A DNA stretch of 64,000 nt, from assembly GCA_031363945.1 (NCBI GenBank), contig JANLVJ010000084.1, positions 14,225 to 78,224 on the forward strand, in the 5' to 3' direction. Below the pieces are notes generated by a model, which was given only the letters and a program-made list of their open reading frames with translations, had not been told where the DNA came from and ran no database searches. Both the position numbers and the translations under genes were made by a program. This stretch comes from a bacterium. GTDB lineage: Bacteria > Bacteroidota > Bacteroidia > Sphingobacteriales > Sphingobacteriaceae. Positions 50,823 through 61,578 of this stretch are shown here, one piece after another (the first letter of the stretch is position 1; the number at the start of each line of letters is the position of its first letter).

Positions 50823-50914
50823 AAAAAAGACGAGCCGTTAGGGCTGGCTTACTGTTTAAACAAATTTTTTCACAAAAAAAACCAACCTGTTAGGGTTGGC
50901 TTTTCCTTAAACAA
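50823..50914. repeat. Two ~41-bp related modules (period 51 bp), the distal one a degenerate copy of the rpsO terminator
   Basis: aaaaaagacgagccgttagggctggcttactgtttaaacaa versus aaaaaaaaccaacctgttagggttggcttttccttaaacaa. Confidence 0.6.
50874..50900 (-). terminator. Rho-independent terminator of rpsO
   Basis: The minus strand reads GCCAACC-ctaaca-GGTTGGT followed by U8. Confidence 0.75.
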
Positions 50915-50926
50915 TAAAACAATCAA

Positions 50927-51196
50927 CTATTTTCTTAACTCGAGTACTTTAATAATAGCACGGTAGCGCTCGATATCGTTTTTCATCAGATAATTCAAAT
51001 GTGAACGACGCTTACCAACCAATTTCTGTAGAGAGAGCTGGGTTCCGAAATCTTTTCTGTTCTTTTTCAAGTGCTCGGTTAAATGAGCGATGCGAAAAGT
51101 AAACAATGCTACCTGGCCTTCTGCAGAGCCGGTATCTTGTTCGCTTTTCCCGTGTTTTTTGAAAATTTCTTTTTTTACTTCCTGACTTAAATACAT
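50927..51196 (-). CDS. rpsO: 30S ribosomal protein S15
   Basis: 89 aa. GSAEGQVALFTFRIAHLTEHLKKNRKDFGTQLSLQKLVGKRR is the canonical S15 sequence. Confidence 0.95.
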   Translation of the reverse strand: MYLSQEVKKEIFKKHGKSEQDTGSAEGQVALFTFRIAHLTEHLKKNRKDFGTQLSLQKLVGKRRSHLNYLMKNDIERYRAIIKVLELRK

Positions 51197-51462
51197 TACC
51201 TGAATGAATATTAAAGTGTTAATTATTTTGAGATCGCAAAAATAACAATTTATTGCAGATAAAAAAAAGAATTGGTCTCAGATAACGCAATAGAAAAAAA
51301 ACTTCTTGTGTTAAACAAAATATGACAAATCATTTTCCGAATAAGACTGGTTGAAAACGCTAAAATCAAGCATTGTTACAAAACTTTTAATGGTAATTAA
51401 TTGTCTTAACTACGCCTTCATTAAATTCTAATAAACAATAACCTTTTAAATAAAAAAAAAAG

Positions 51463-52614
51463 ATGAAAACTTTAACTACGCTACAATCGCTGATTTTTGC
51501 GACGAGTGCCATTTTTTTAACACAATCCTGTGTTAAAAATACCAAATCTATGCCAGGTGTACCTGTTACAACATACTCTTACACCCAGGTTAATCTGGTT
51601 TCAGATACAAAAGCTGGTGGCGGTGCCTACACTGATCCTGCGCTTTCAACTCCCTACGGAATTGCATTTGGCCCAGGGCCATTATGGCTGGCAAATAACG
51701 GATCTGGGACAAGCACTGTTTATGATTCCACTGGTTTAACAATTCCTAATTTTAAAATGCCCGTTACAATACCATCACCTACAATGTCAATGGGTGGTAC
51801 ACCTACAGGTATTGTTTTTAGTGGCGCATCGGCTTTCACAGATCCAAACACAATGAAGCCTGTCTATTTTATTTTTGTTAATGAAGATGGTGTAATTTCG
51901 GCTTGGGAAGGCGGAACCGGGGCACTTAAAGTAGTTGATAATTCAGCAATGGGTGCAATCTATAAAGGACTAACCATTGCTTCAGTTGGCATGGCTAACT
52001 TTATTTATGTCGCTAATTTCCCGAAAGGCACCATAGAGGTATATGATCAATCATTTAAAACAGCAACTGGTATTAAAAATTTCGTTGACCCAATGATGCC
52101 GGCAGGATATGCACCATTTGATATTCAGACCATTGGATCACAATTATTTGTTGCTTACGCAAAGCAAAATACCATCCCGGATGCAAATCCTTCTGTTGGA
52201 AAAGGAAACGGTTATATAAGTGTTTTCAATACTGACGGTACTTTTGTGAAAGAATTTGCTGCACAAGGCAGTTTAAATGCACCATGGGGAATGGTTCAGG
52301 CACCAGCTAGTTTTGGACAGGGTGCCAATGCTGTACTAATAGGTAACTTTGGCGATGGCACTATTTCAGTATTTGACTCAAATGGAAGTTTTAAGGGACA
52401 ATTACAAACAGGAGGAAAAGTAATAACAATACAAAATTTATGGGGATTAACTTTTGCTCCAAGTTATGCAAAAACAGACGCAGCCGGAACTAAATTATTT
52501 TTTGCAGCTGCCATTGATGGAGGCGGACCTGTAGGTCAGGGCGCTGGAGGATTAGTTGGTTATCTTAAAGCAAATAAAGTTACGACAACTTCATCTATGG
52601 GATCAAGTTATTAA
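51463..52614 (+). CDS. TIGR03118 family beta-propeller lipoprotein
   Basis: 383 aa. Lipobox LTQSC. YTQVNLVSD...TDPALSTPYGIAFGPGPLWLANNGSGTSTVYD is the family N-terminal signature. Confidence 0.7.
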   Translation: MKTLTTLQSLIFATSAIFLTQSCVKNTKSMPGVPVTTYSYTQVNLVSDTKAGGGAYTDPALSTPYGIAFGPGPLWLANNGSGTSTVYDSTGLTIPNFKMPVTIPSPTMSMGGTPTGIVFSGASAFTDPNTMKPVYFIFVNEDGVISAWEGGTGALKVVDNSAMGAIYKGLTIASVGMANFIYVANFPKGTIEVYDQSFKTATGIKNFVDPMMPAGYAPFDIQTIGSQLFVAYAKQNTIPDANPSVGKGNGYISVFNTDGTFVKEFAAQGSLNAPWGMVQAPASFGQGANAVLIGNFGDGTISVFDSNGSFKGQLQTGGKVITIQNLWGLTFAPSYAKTDAAGTKLFFAAAIDGGGPVGQGAGGLVGYLKANKVTTTSSMGSSY

Positions 52615-52719
52615 AAAGTAGCTTAACACATTAAGGCAAATAATTATAATTCTTTCAAGATTATCAGCAATTGCAGTGTTTGCAAAAATTGCAAGAACTA
52701 GCAAATCTTATTAAATGCG

Positions 52720-52752
52720 AAGCCTCCAAGATTTTATAAATTTTGGGGGCTT
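52720..52752. terminator. Hairpin between convergent genes (possible bidirectional terminator)
   Basis: AAGCCTCCAAGA ... TTTTGGGGGCTT forms a 12-bp stem with two G-U pairs. Confidence 0.5.
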
Positions 52753-52793
52753 TGTATTTAAATTTGATTTCTTCAAGGTATAAAGCATATAAG

Positions 52794-53828
52794 TTATAGA
52801 CGGACCTGTTGTTTATTACCGATCAGAAATCTTGAAATAATTCTTGCAAGAGTCTCTGTTTCAATCAAAAACCCATCATGACCATATAAAGAATCAATAA
52901 CCGAAAATTCAGCTCTTGGAATATATCGGGCAAGGTACTCCTGTTCTGAAACAGGAAAAAGGATGTCAGAACTTAATCCAATTACCAGGGTTCTGGCTTG
53001 AATTAAGCCAAGTACAGCTACTAGTTCACCTCTATTTCTACCGAGGTTATGAGAGTCCATAGCCTTTGACAACATGACATAAGAAAATGCATTGAAGCGG
53101 TTGATAAGCTTCAGGCCCTGGTAGCGCTGATAAGAAGAAGCCTTAAAATCATCAATTTTAGTTAAATCTGTCTCAAGCTGGGTTTTAGAGAAAGTACGGT
53201 AATTCCGGTATGACATCAATGCCATGGCTCTGGCAGCTTTTAGCCCTTCGATTCCAGCTCTGTTATGATCAGTTAACCAGGATGAATCAGCTTCAATTGC
53301 CATGCGCTGTGCCTCATTGAATGCTATTCCCCAGGCGCTATGTTTTGCATTCGTGGCGATAACAATCAGGTTCTCAATTCGGAGGGGCTCAATAATCGAC
53401 CATTCAAGCGCTTGCTGCCCGCCGAGTGACCCTCCGATCAGCACATTGATTTTTTTTATCTGAAGGTGCGCAGCAAGTTTAATATGAAGTTGAACCATAT
53501 CCCGAACTGTAATAAGAGGAAAAGTATGGTAATAAGGTTGAGCGTTCAATTTATTTACGGATAACGGCCCAGTTGTACCATAACAGGAACCCAATACGTT
53601 GGCACAAATGATAAAATGCTCATCAGGATTAAAAAGACAATTTTCACCGAACAGACCCTGCCACCAGTCAAGAACATCAGCACTGGCAGTTAATGCATGA
53701 CAGACCCAAATGACATTATCTTTCTGTTCACTTATTTGCCCAAAGGTTGTATAAGCAATTTCGAAACCCTTGAGTCGCTGTCCCGATTCAAGGATTATAG
53801 TTTCATCGCTTTTAAAGAAATCAATCAT
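52794..53828 (-). CDS. metX: Homoserine O-acetyltransferase
   Basis: 344 aa. Alpha/beta hydrolase with nucleophile motif GGSLGG, VCHALT, and C-terminal YGHDGFL. Confidence 0.9.
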   Translation of the reverse strand: MIDFFKSDETIILESGQRLKGFEIAYTTFGQISEQKDNVIWVCHALTASADVLDWWQGLFGENCLFNPDEHFIICANVLGSCYGTTGPLSVNKLNAQPYYHTFPLITVRDMVQLHIKLAAHLQIKKINVLIGGSLGGQQALEWSIIEPLRIENLIVIATNAKHSAWGIAFNEAQRMAIEADSSWLTDHNRAGIEGLKAARAMALMSYRNYRTFSKTQLETDLTKIDDFKASSYQRYQGLKLINRFNAFSYVMLSKAMDSHNLGRNRGELVAVLGLIQARTLVIGLSSDILFPVSEQEYLARYIPRAEFSVIDSLYGHDGFLIETETLARIISRFLIGNKQQVRL

Positions 53829-53864
53829 TCAATTTATTTATTCGTAAAGTAGATTTGAAAAAGT

Positions 53865-55208
<1,344 letters not shown>

Positions 55209-55240
55209 TTAGGATGAGAGTATACCTGCGGATGCACAGG

Positions 55241-55306
55241 AAAAAGATTAAACCTGTTTGCGTAATTTCAACAACTGTAAATTGCCTTAAAACTTGGTGC
55301 AGGTTT
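55241..55306 (-). terminator. Candidate attenuator terminator of the SAM riboswitch expression platform
   Basis: The minus strand has AAACCUG ... CAGGUUU closing a long imperfect hairpin, followed by UAAUCUUUUU. It lies between the aptamer and the metY start. Confidence 0.4.
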
Positions 55307-55350
55307 ATAGAAAAAAAGTGTATTATTGGTGTAATTGCGCATACTAATTA

Positions 55351-55456
55351 ATTTATAATTCCCTTTTTAGTTAAAAGGCTAGGTGTTGGCACCTTGGTTT
55401 TAACCAGGTTGCCAGAGGATCATAGAGCCTATTCTCTTCCCTCTTCTTTATAAATC
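55351..55456 (-). promoter_or_regulatory. SAM-I (S-box) riboswitch aptamer upstream of metY-metX
   Basis: Minus-strand RNA: UUUAUAA-AGAAGAGGGAAGAGAAUAGGCUCUAUGAUCCUCUGGCAACCUGGUUAAAACCAAGGUGCCAACACCUAGCCUUUUAACUAAAAAGGGAA-UUAUAAA. P1 pairs UUUAUAA with UUAUAAA. P2 includes the AUGA k-turn element. P3 carries GCAACC...GGUGCCAA. P4 pairs CCUUUU with AAAAGG. All core SAM-I signatures are in the right order. Confidence 0.8.
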
Positions 55457-55649
55457 CGCAAAACGGATGCAATTTAACATTAACAGTTCAACAAGATTAA
55501 GCTGTTAATTCTCTACTGCGAATATAGGGAATGAAAAGAATATTTTCACTTTTTTTATACATTAATCATGGAAGACCGTATAAGGGCAAAGCTTGATCTG
55601 CATGATTCATGAATTTATCTATATTTGGCTTAAAACCCAGGATTAAAAA

Positions 55650-58322
55650 ATGACGATTGGTATCATCTTCGGAGGTTTCTCCAGGGAACGGGAAGTTTCA
55701 TTTGCAGGTGGAAGAACCGTATATGATAATCTGAATAAAAGCCTTTTTGAGGCCGTTCCGATTTTTGTAGACAGTTACGGCAACTTTGTACTTCTTGACT
55801 GGCAATATGTTTATAAAGGCAGTATTCGCGATTTCTACCCACCCCCCGCTTCAGTTCCTGTTACAAAGCCACCCTTTCAGATTTATGCTGAAAGCCTTGC
55901 CCTTTCTTCTGTCTCAGATCAGGAGAATTTATTAAGACAAATTGGCAAACCAATACCTGCTGCAAGGCTGAAAGAATTTATAGATTTTGCTTTTCTGACA
56001 CTTCATGGACCTTTTGGTGAAGACGGGAAAATTCAGGGTTTACTCGAATGGCTTGAAATACCTTATTCCGGATCTGGAATACTTTCTTCTGCTATCGGAA
56101 TAGATAAAGTGATTCAGAAAGAACTAATGAGCGAAAAGGGCTTTAACGTTCCCGCTTATTTTAATTTTAACAGACAGGCATGGCTCTCAGGTGATCAGCT
56201 GGCTATTTTTGAAAAAAGTAAATTACATTGTGGCTTCCCACTGGTAATCAAACCTGCACATCAGGGTTCGTCAATCGGTGTGACCGTACTAAAAAGTGAT
56301 AATTTCGAGGCCTTTAAGCATGCTGTTGAAGCAGCCTTATTTATCAGATATGTGAACAAACAAGAATGGGATGAAAAAAGAGAAATACTGGTCGCAGAAA
56401 TTACTGATTTCAGAGTAGATCTGGGCCTGCCTCTGATGATTGCAGAAAATACTATTTACGATCCTGCCTCACTTTATTATTATCTCGATCACTACTTTCA
56501 AAGCAGTAATAATCCGGTTCAATTACAAGGATGTGATCAGGAAAATGACCTGCTTGTAGAAGCATTCATCAAGGGTAAAGAATTTTCCTGTATCGTATTA
56601 GAAAATACAGATGGTACCCCTCTTGCCCTGCCGCCTACAGAAATCCGTAAATCTCAGGATATCTACAGTTACCGCTCAAAATACCTACCAGGTTTATCAC
56701 GAAAAATCACGCCCATTGAAATTGGGGATGATCAGATAAGGGCTATTTGCCGGGCTTGTGAAAAACTTTATACAGCTTTATCTTTTGACGTTTATGCCCG
56801 AATTGATGGGTTTATCAGTGAAAAGGGTAAAATATTCCTGAATGACCCGAATACGACATCTGGAATGATGCCTTCTTCTTTCTTTTTTCACCAGGCTGCA
56901 GAAATTGGTCTGAACCCATCTCAATTCCTTACCTATATAATTTATACTTCTATAAAAGCTAGAATCAGGGGTCAAAGCAGGAAGACAAATTTTGAACAGC
57001 ATTTTGAAAGCTTGAAATTTCAACTTGGACAAATAAAATCAACTGCAGGAAAAAAAGAAAAAGTTGCTGTATTAATGGGGGGTTATTCATCTGAAAGGCA
57101 TATATCAGTTGAGAGTGGAAGAAATGTTTTTGAAAAGCTTGCCTCTTCAACAAAATACGATCCTGTTCCTGTATTTGTCAGCGGTGATTCTGGTAGCTAC
57201 CATATGTACCGGATTCCCATAAATATTTTACTTAAAGACAACGCAGATGACATTCAAGAGAAGATAAGTCATTATGCCTTGCATGGGGTTGTTCGGGAAA
57301 TAATCAAACTGGCGTCTCCAATTATTGATTTGTTCTCTTCTGCAGATGCACTAAACCCTCCTCAGAGCTGGTCTTTTGACCAACTTGCAATCGAATGCGA
57401 TAGTGTTTTCATTGCCTTACACGGCAGGCCAGGTGAAGATGGTGATATTCAGGCAGAGCTTGAAAAAAGGCAGATCTCCTATAATGGTTCAGGTGTTGAA
57501 AGTTCAAGGCTTACGATTGATAAACACGCTACAAATGAGTTACTTGCAAGTAAAGGTATCCTTGTCGCCAGTCATATCCTGGTAACAAAAGAAGAATTCG
57601 CCAATGATGAACTTAACTCACTGACGCGCATTGAAAAGATATTTACCTATCCGTTGATAGCCAAACCCTGTGATGATGGATGTAGTTCAGCAGTTAAAAA
57701 AATAAAAAACAGGGCTGAACTTGAGGCTTATACCCGTTTGATTTTCAGAAATAAAAGTCAGTTAGATACTGCTGAAGCAACTTTGCTTGGCCTTGCCGGA
57801 GAAGAAGAATTTCCCCAGAAAAAAGTTTTTCTTATAGAAGAACTTATAACTGCCAGGGGTGCCGAAAAGTTTATGGAAATAACTGGAGGAATGTTAACCA
57901 GGTATAATCAGGCAGGAGAATTGGTTTATGAAATATTTGATCCGTCTGAGGCACTATCCTCAGGTGAAGTATTAAGCCTTGAAGAAAAGTTTCTCGCCGG
58001 TGAAGGGCAAAATATTACCCCTCCAAGATATGCCATGGATACGGATGACCAAAGAGAAATTGCAGCCTATGTAAAAATGGAACTTGAAAAAACTGCAAGG
58101 ATTCTCAATATTGAAGGTTATTGCCGAATCGACGCATTTATAAGAATCTTCAGCCCCAAACAGGTAGAAGTCATAATTATTGAAGCCAATTCATTGCCAG
58201 GAATGACACCTGCTACTGCCATTTTTCACCAGGCTGCCCTGAGCGGATACAAACCTTATGAATTTATAAATGAAGTTCTTGAATTTGCGAAGAAAAAATT
58301 AAGCCAAGCCGACCATGCCTGA
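55650..58322 (+). CDS. ddl: Tandem fusion of two D-alanine--D-alanine ligase-like (ATP-grasp) modules
   Basis: 890 aa. Module 1 (aa 1 to ~440): IGIIFGGFSREREVS, LHGPFGEDGKIQGLLE, PYSGSG, IKPAHQGSSIGV, ARIDGF, LNDPNTTSGMM. Module 2 (aa ~467-890): VAVLMGGYSSERHIS, LHGRPGEDGDIQAELE, YNGSG, AKPCDDGCSSAV, CRIDAF, IEANSLPGMTP. Confidence 0.8.
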   Translation: MTIGIIFGGFSREREVSFAGGRTVYDNLNKSLFEAVPIFVDSYGNFVLLDWQYVYKGSIRDFYPPPASVPVTKPPFQIYAESLALSSVSDQENLLRQIGKPIPAARLKEFIDFAFLTLHGPFGEDGKIQGLLEWLEIPYSGSGILSSAIGIDKVIQKELMSEKGFNVPAYFNFNRQAWLSGDQLAIFEKSKLHCGFPLVIKPAHQGSSIGVTVLKSDNFEAFKHAVEAALFIRYVNKQEWDEKREILVAEITDFRVDLGLPLMIAENTIYDPASLYYYLDHYFQSSNNPVQLQGCDQENDLLVEAFIKGKEFSCIVLENTDGTPLALPPTEIRKSQDIYSYRSKYLPGLSRKITPIEIGDDQIRAICRACEKLYTALSFDVYARIDGFISEKGKIFLNDPNTTSGMMPSSFFFHQAAEIGLNPSQFLTYIIYTSIKARIRGQSRKTNFEQHFESLKFQLGQIKSTAGKKEKVAVLMGGYSSERHISVESGRNVFEKLASSTKYDPVPVFVSGDSGSYHMYRIPINILLKDNADDIQEKISHYALHGVVREIIKLASPIIDLFSSADALNPPQSWSFDQLAIECDSVFIALHGRPGEDGDIQAELEKRQISYNGSGVESSRLTIDKHATNELLASKGILVASHILVTKEEFANDELNSLTRIEKIFTYPLIAKPCDDGCSSAVKKIKNRAELEAYTRLIFRNKSQLDTAEATLLGLAGEEEFPQKKVFLIEELITARGAEKFMEITGGMLTRYNQAGELVYEIFDPSEALSSGEVLSLEEKFLAGEGQNITPPRYAMDTDDQREIAAYVKMELEKTARILNIEGYCRIDAFIRIFSPKQVEVIIIEANSLPGMTPATAIFHQAALSGYKPYEFINEVLEFAKKKLSQADHA

Positions 58323-59097
58323 AAAATCAACAAGCTTTAATGACTTCAAGCTCTTTATATTTTCACGACTTTTCTTAAAACAGTTATTTCTCGCTTTTGG
58401 AATATTTATCATACTATTTTTAATTCTCATTAATGGGCTTGCATTCATTACACGTCACGGTGAGGAAGTTAGTGTACCATCAGTACTAAATCTTCAGTCT
58501 TCAGAGGGTACAAAATTATTACTCGACCAGCGTTTTAAAGTTGAAGTAGACTCTGTTTTTGTGAATGATAAAGCAGGCGGCACCATAATAGAACAGTCAC
58601 CTGAAGCTGGGGCGAAGGTCAAGGAAAATCGAACTATCTATTTAACAATGGTTACGTTTCAAGCACCTGTAGTACATTTACCAAAATTTGAAGATACACC
58701 GTATAAAGAATATCAAAGCGATCTAGCCACGATTGGGCTTGGGGTTGACAGTATTACCTACAGGCCAGATGTTGCACAGGATCTTGTACTGGGAGTAACC
58801 TTCAAACATCATGCCCTCACGGCAGGTATTGGCCTGCCAAAAGGGTCAAGGGTTAATCTTATTTTGGGTGATGGCAATGGGGGTACAGTTCTGCTACCCA
58901 ATCTTACCGGTTTAAACCTTGATGAAGCAAAATTTGGAATCCGGGGCTCCCAGCTGCTTCTGGGAAGAGTCGTTTATGATAGTACCACCCATGACAGCCT
59001 CAAAGCCAGGGTTTACAGGCAAACACCAGCTGCCCGGGCTGACACTATGGTTAAAGTAAGTCAGGGAACTCTTATTGATTTATACCTAAAAGATTAA
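58315..59097 (+). CDS. PASTA domain-containing membrane protein
   Basis: 260 aa. TM anchor followed by three PASTA-like repeats (VPSVLNL..., LPKFEDT..., LPNLTGLNLDEA). 8-nt overlap with the ddl fusion. Confidence 0.8.
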   Translation: MPEKSTSFNDFKLFIFSRLFLKQLFLAFGIFIILFLILINGLAFITRHGEEVSVPSVLNLQSSEGTKLLLDQRFKVEVDSVFVNDKAGGTIIEQSPEAGAKVKENRTIYLTMVTFQAPVVHLPKFEDTPYKEYQSDLATIGLGVDSITYRPDVAQDLVLGVTFKHHALTAGIGLPKGSRVNLILGDGNGGTVLLPNLTGLNLDEAKFGIRGSQLLLGRVVYDSTTHDSLKARVYRQTPAARADTMVKVSQGTLIDLYLKD

Positions 59098-59102
59098 AAA
59101 AT

Positions 59103-60173
59103 ATGTCTTCTGAAATAGAACCTGAGAAACCCCGTTCATCTAGCCGAAAACCAATTTGGGTATGGGTCGCAGGAATCATATTCCTTGCCCTGTTTATTAC
59201 TGGATATAGCTATTATAAAAGGATTTATGGCGCAAATATTCTGGCTGATACGCCTCAGAAACAATATTTGTATATTCCTGATGGCAGTGATTTGATTGAA
59301 TTAGTCAAAAATCTTCAAACGCATGAATTGCTCAGAAGCACAGCCGATTTTGAATGGGCTGCAAATTTTCTGCATTTTAAAACGGGCATTAAACCCGGCA
59401 AATACCGATTAACCGACGGTATGAGTAACAAGCAGCTTATCAGAAAGATACAACTCGGAAAGCAGGAACCTGTAGATATTATACTGCACAGTCTACGTTT
59501 AAAAGAGAATCTGGCTGCCTATGTTGGTAAAAAAATTGAAGCAGATTCAATGGCAATTTATACGCTGCTTGCAGACAGGCATTATACAGATAGCCTGGGT
59601 TATACCACAGATAATATCTATACGATGATTTTGCCGAATACGTACCGGTTTAAATGGAATACTTCGGCAAAAGAATTTCTTACCCGTATGAACCGTGAGT
59701 CGGCTCGTTTCTGGTCGACTGATAAAATAGAGAAGGCAAGAGCTATCGGCCTTGATAAAACACAGGTAATTATTCTTGCCTCAATCGTAAATCAGGAAAG
59801 TAACAGGGTAGATGAAATGCCTACCATTGCTGGGGTATACCTTAACAGGTTACACCGGGGAGTAAAACTTGACGCTGACCCTACCGTTATTTTTGCCAAT
59901 AATGACTTCAGCATTAAACGGGTTACCAGAAAATATCTTATAAAAGACTCTCCGTATAATACCTATAAATATAAGGGTTTGCCTCCTGGCCCCATTACCA
60001 TGCCAAGCCTGCAAGCTATTGAAGCAGTGCTGAATTATCAAAAATCAGATTATATGTTTTTTTGTGCAAAAGATGACTTTTCAGGCCATCATGCATTTGC
60101 TATAACAAGGGAAGAACACCTTATAAATGCCCATAAATTTCAAAAAGCCCTGGATGCACGAAATATCCATTAG
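59103..60173 (+). CDS. mltG: Endolytic murein transglycosylase MltG (YceG family)
   Basis: 356 aa. TM anchor. ILASIVNQES (catalytic Glu), AGVYLNRL, LDADPTV, YNTYKYKGLPPGPI. Confidence 0.9.
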   Translation: MSSEIEPEKPRSSSRKPIWVWVAGIIFLALFITGYSYYKRIYGANILADTPQKQYLYIPDGSDLIELVKNLQTHELLRSTADFEWAANFLHFKTGIKPGKYRLTDGMSNKQLIRKIQLGKQEPVDIILHSLRLKENLAAYVGKKIEADSMAIYTLLADRHYTDSLGYTTDNIYTMILPNTYRFKWNTSAKEFLTRMNRESARFWSTDKIEKARAIGLDKTQVIILASIVNQESNRVDEMPTIAGVYLNRLHRGVKLDADPTVIFANNDFSIKRVTRKYLIKDSPYNTYKYKGLPPGPITMPSLQAIEAVLNYQKSDYMFFCAKDDFSGHHAFAITREEHLINAHKFQKALDARNIH

Positions 60174-60184
60174 TATTCACATGT

Positions 60185-60607
60185 ATGTATAGTCATGAAA
60201 CTTTTATCAGGGTTCGGTATGGTGAAACTGATCAGATGGGTTATATGTATTACGGCAATTATGCCCAGTTCTATGAAGTGGGTAGAGTCGAAATGCTTCG
60301 AAGTCTGGGCCTGAGTTATAAAAGCTTTGAACGAGATGGCATTATGATGCCAGTACTTGAACTAAACTGTAAATACCTGAGGCCTGCCCGATATGATGAC
60401 CTGATCAGGGTTGTTACCACGCTAAAAGAAATACCAAGAATGCGAATTCGTTTTGAGTATGCCCTTTATGATGCTGATAATACGCTTCTTAATACTGGTG
60501 CCACAGTACTGGTCTTTGTGAATATGAATAGTTTAAAACCTTGTTTACCACCAGCTGAACTCATAACAAAGCTGCAATCTTATTTCGAAAATGGAGTGGT
60601 TTCATAA
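60185..60607 (+). CDS. Acyl-CoA thioesterase (4HBT/YbgC family)
   Basis: 140 aa. RVRYGETDQMGYMYYGNYAQFYEVGR hotdog-fold signature. Confidence 0.8.
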   Translation: MYSHETFIRVRYGETDQMGYMYYGNYAQFYEVGRVEMLRSLGLSYKSFERDGIMMPVLELNCKYLRPARYDDLIRVVTTLKEIPRMRIRFEYALYDADNTLLNTGATVLVFVNMNSLKPCLPPAELITKLQSYFENGVVS

Positions 60608-61559
60608 ATTTTTTTTTCAATTTCCATTTTATAGTAAACTGATTGCTAAAAGTAAAAAAACTGGTATACCAGGGTTCAAAGATGTCATGCTTTATGATTT
60701 GGCAGTTGATTTCTTTGAAGAAGTAGGTAAAGAAGGTATAGTAACCAAAGCTTCAGCCCTCGCCTATCGCTTTTTGCTAGCAACTTTTCCTGCTATAATC
60801 TTTGTATTTACACTTATTCCATTTATTCCAATTAAAAACTTTCAGCCAAGCCTGCTTAGTACCTTTCAGCAAATTTTACCAGATAATGTATTTGCCGCTG
60901 CCGAAACAACTCTGAGAGAAATTGTTAACAAACAAAATAAAAGTTTGCTGTCTGCAGGTTTTTTGGCGTCGCTTATTTTTTCTACCAATGGAGTTTCAGC
61001 CCTTATAAAACAAATGAATAAGAGCTCACTCGTTTTATACAAACGTAATTATCTGCAGCGTAGGGTGAGGGCTTTAATACTCACAATTGTATTAATTTTT
61101 TTGCTGCTAAGTAGTGCTTTTGTTGGTATAGCGGGTCAGTATGTAGTTTCATTTCTTTATAAACAACATTTTATCAAAGGTATTCTGGGCCGGTATTCAC
61201 TGGTTCTATTGCAATGGATACTGGTGGCTCTTGTATTTTACTTCACAATAGCGATTCTTTATTACTATGGGCCGTCACGAAAAAACAAGAAAGAGTTTTT
61301 TACTGCAGGAACCGGAATTGCTGCTGTTCTTTCTATACTTACTACGTATGGTTTTACTAAATATGTACAATACTTTGGGAATTATAATAAGGTGTATGGT
61401 TCAATTGGTACCCTGATCGTTATTATGATACTGTTGTATTTAAATTCTGCGATTTTATTAATCTGTTATGATCTTGATATAAGTCTTGAACGCTGCCGGT
61501 TGAAACCTGTAAATAAACCTGGCTTAAATCAAAAAAATCGAAGGGTAGAAAACGTTTAA
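60591..61559 (+). CDS. YihY/BrkB family membrane protein
   Basis: 322 aa. ASALAYRFLLATFPAIIF, and C-terminal YGSIGTLIVIMILLYLNSAILL. Confidence 0.8.
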   Translation: MEWFHKFFFQFPFYSKLIAKSKKTGIPGFKDVMLYDLAVDFFEEVGKEGIVTKASALAYRFLLATFPAIIFVFTLIPFIPIKNFQPSLLSTFQQILPDNVFAAAETTLREIVNKQNKSLLSAGFLASLIFSTNGVSALIKQMNKSSLVLYKRNYLQRRVRALILTIVLIFLLLSSAFVGIAGQYVVSFLYKQHFIKGILGRYSLVLLQWILVALVFYFTIAILYYYGPSRKNKKEFFTAGTGIAAVLSILTTYGFTKYVQYFGNYNKVYGSIGTLIVIMILLYLNSAILLICYDLDISLERCRLKPVNKPGLNQKNRRVENV

Positions 61560-61578
61560 CGCTTTTTAAGTCTTTTAT

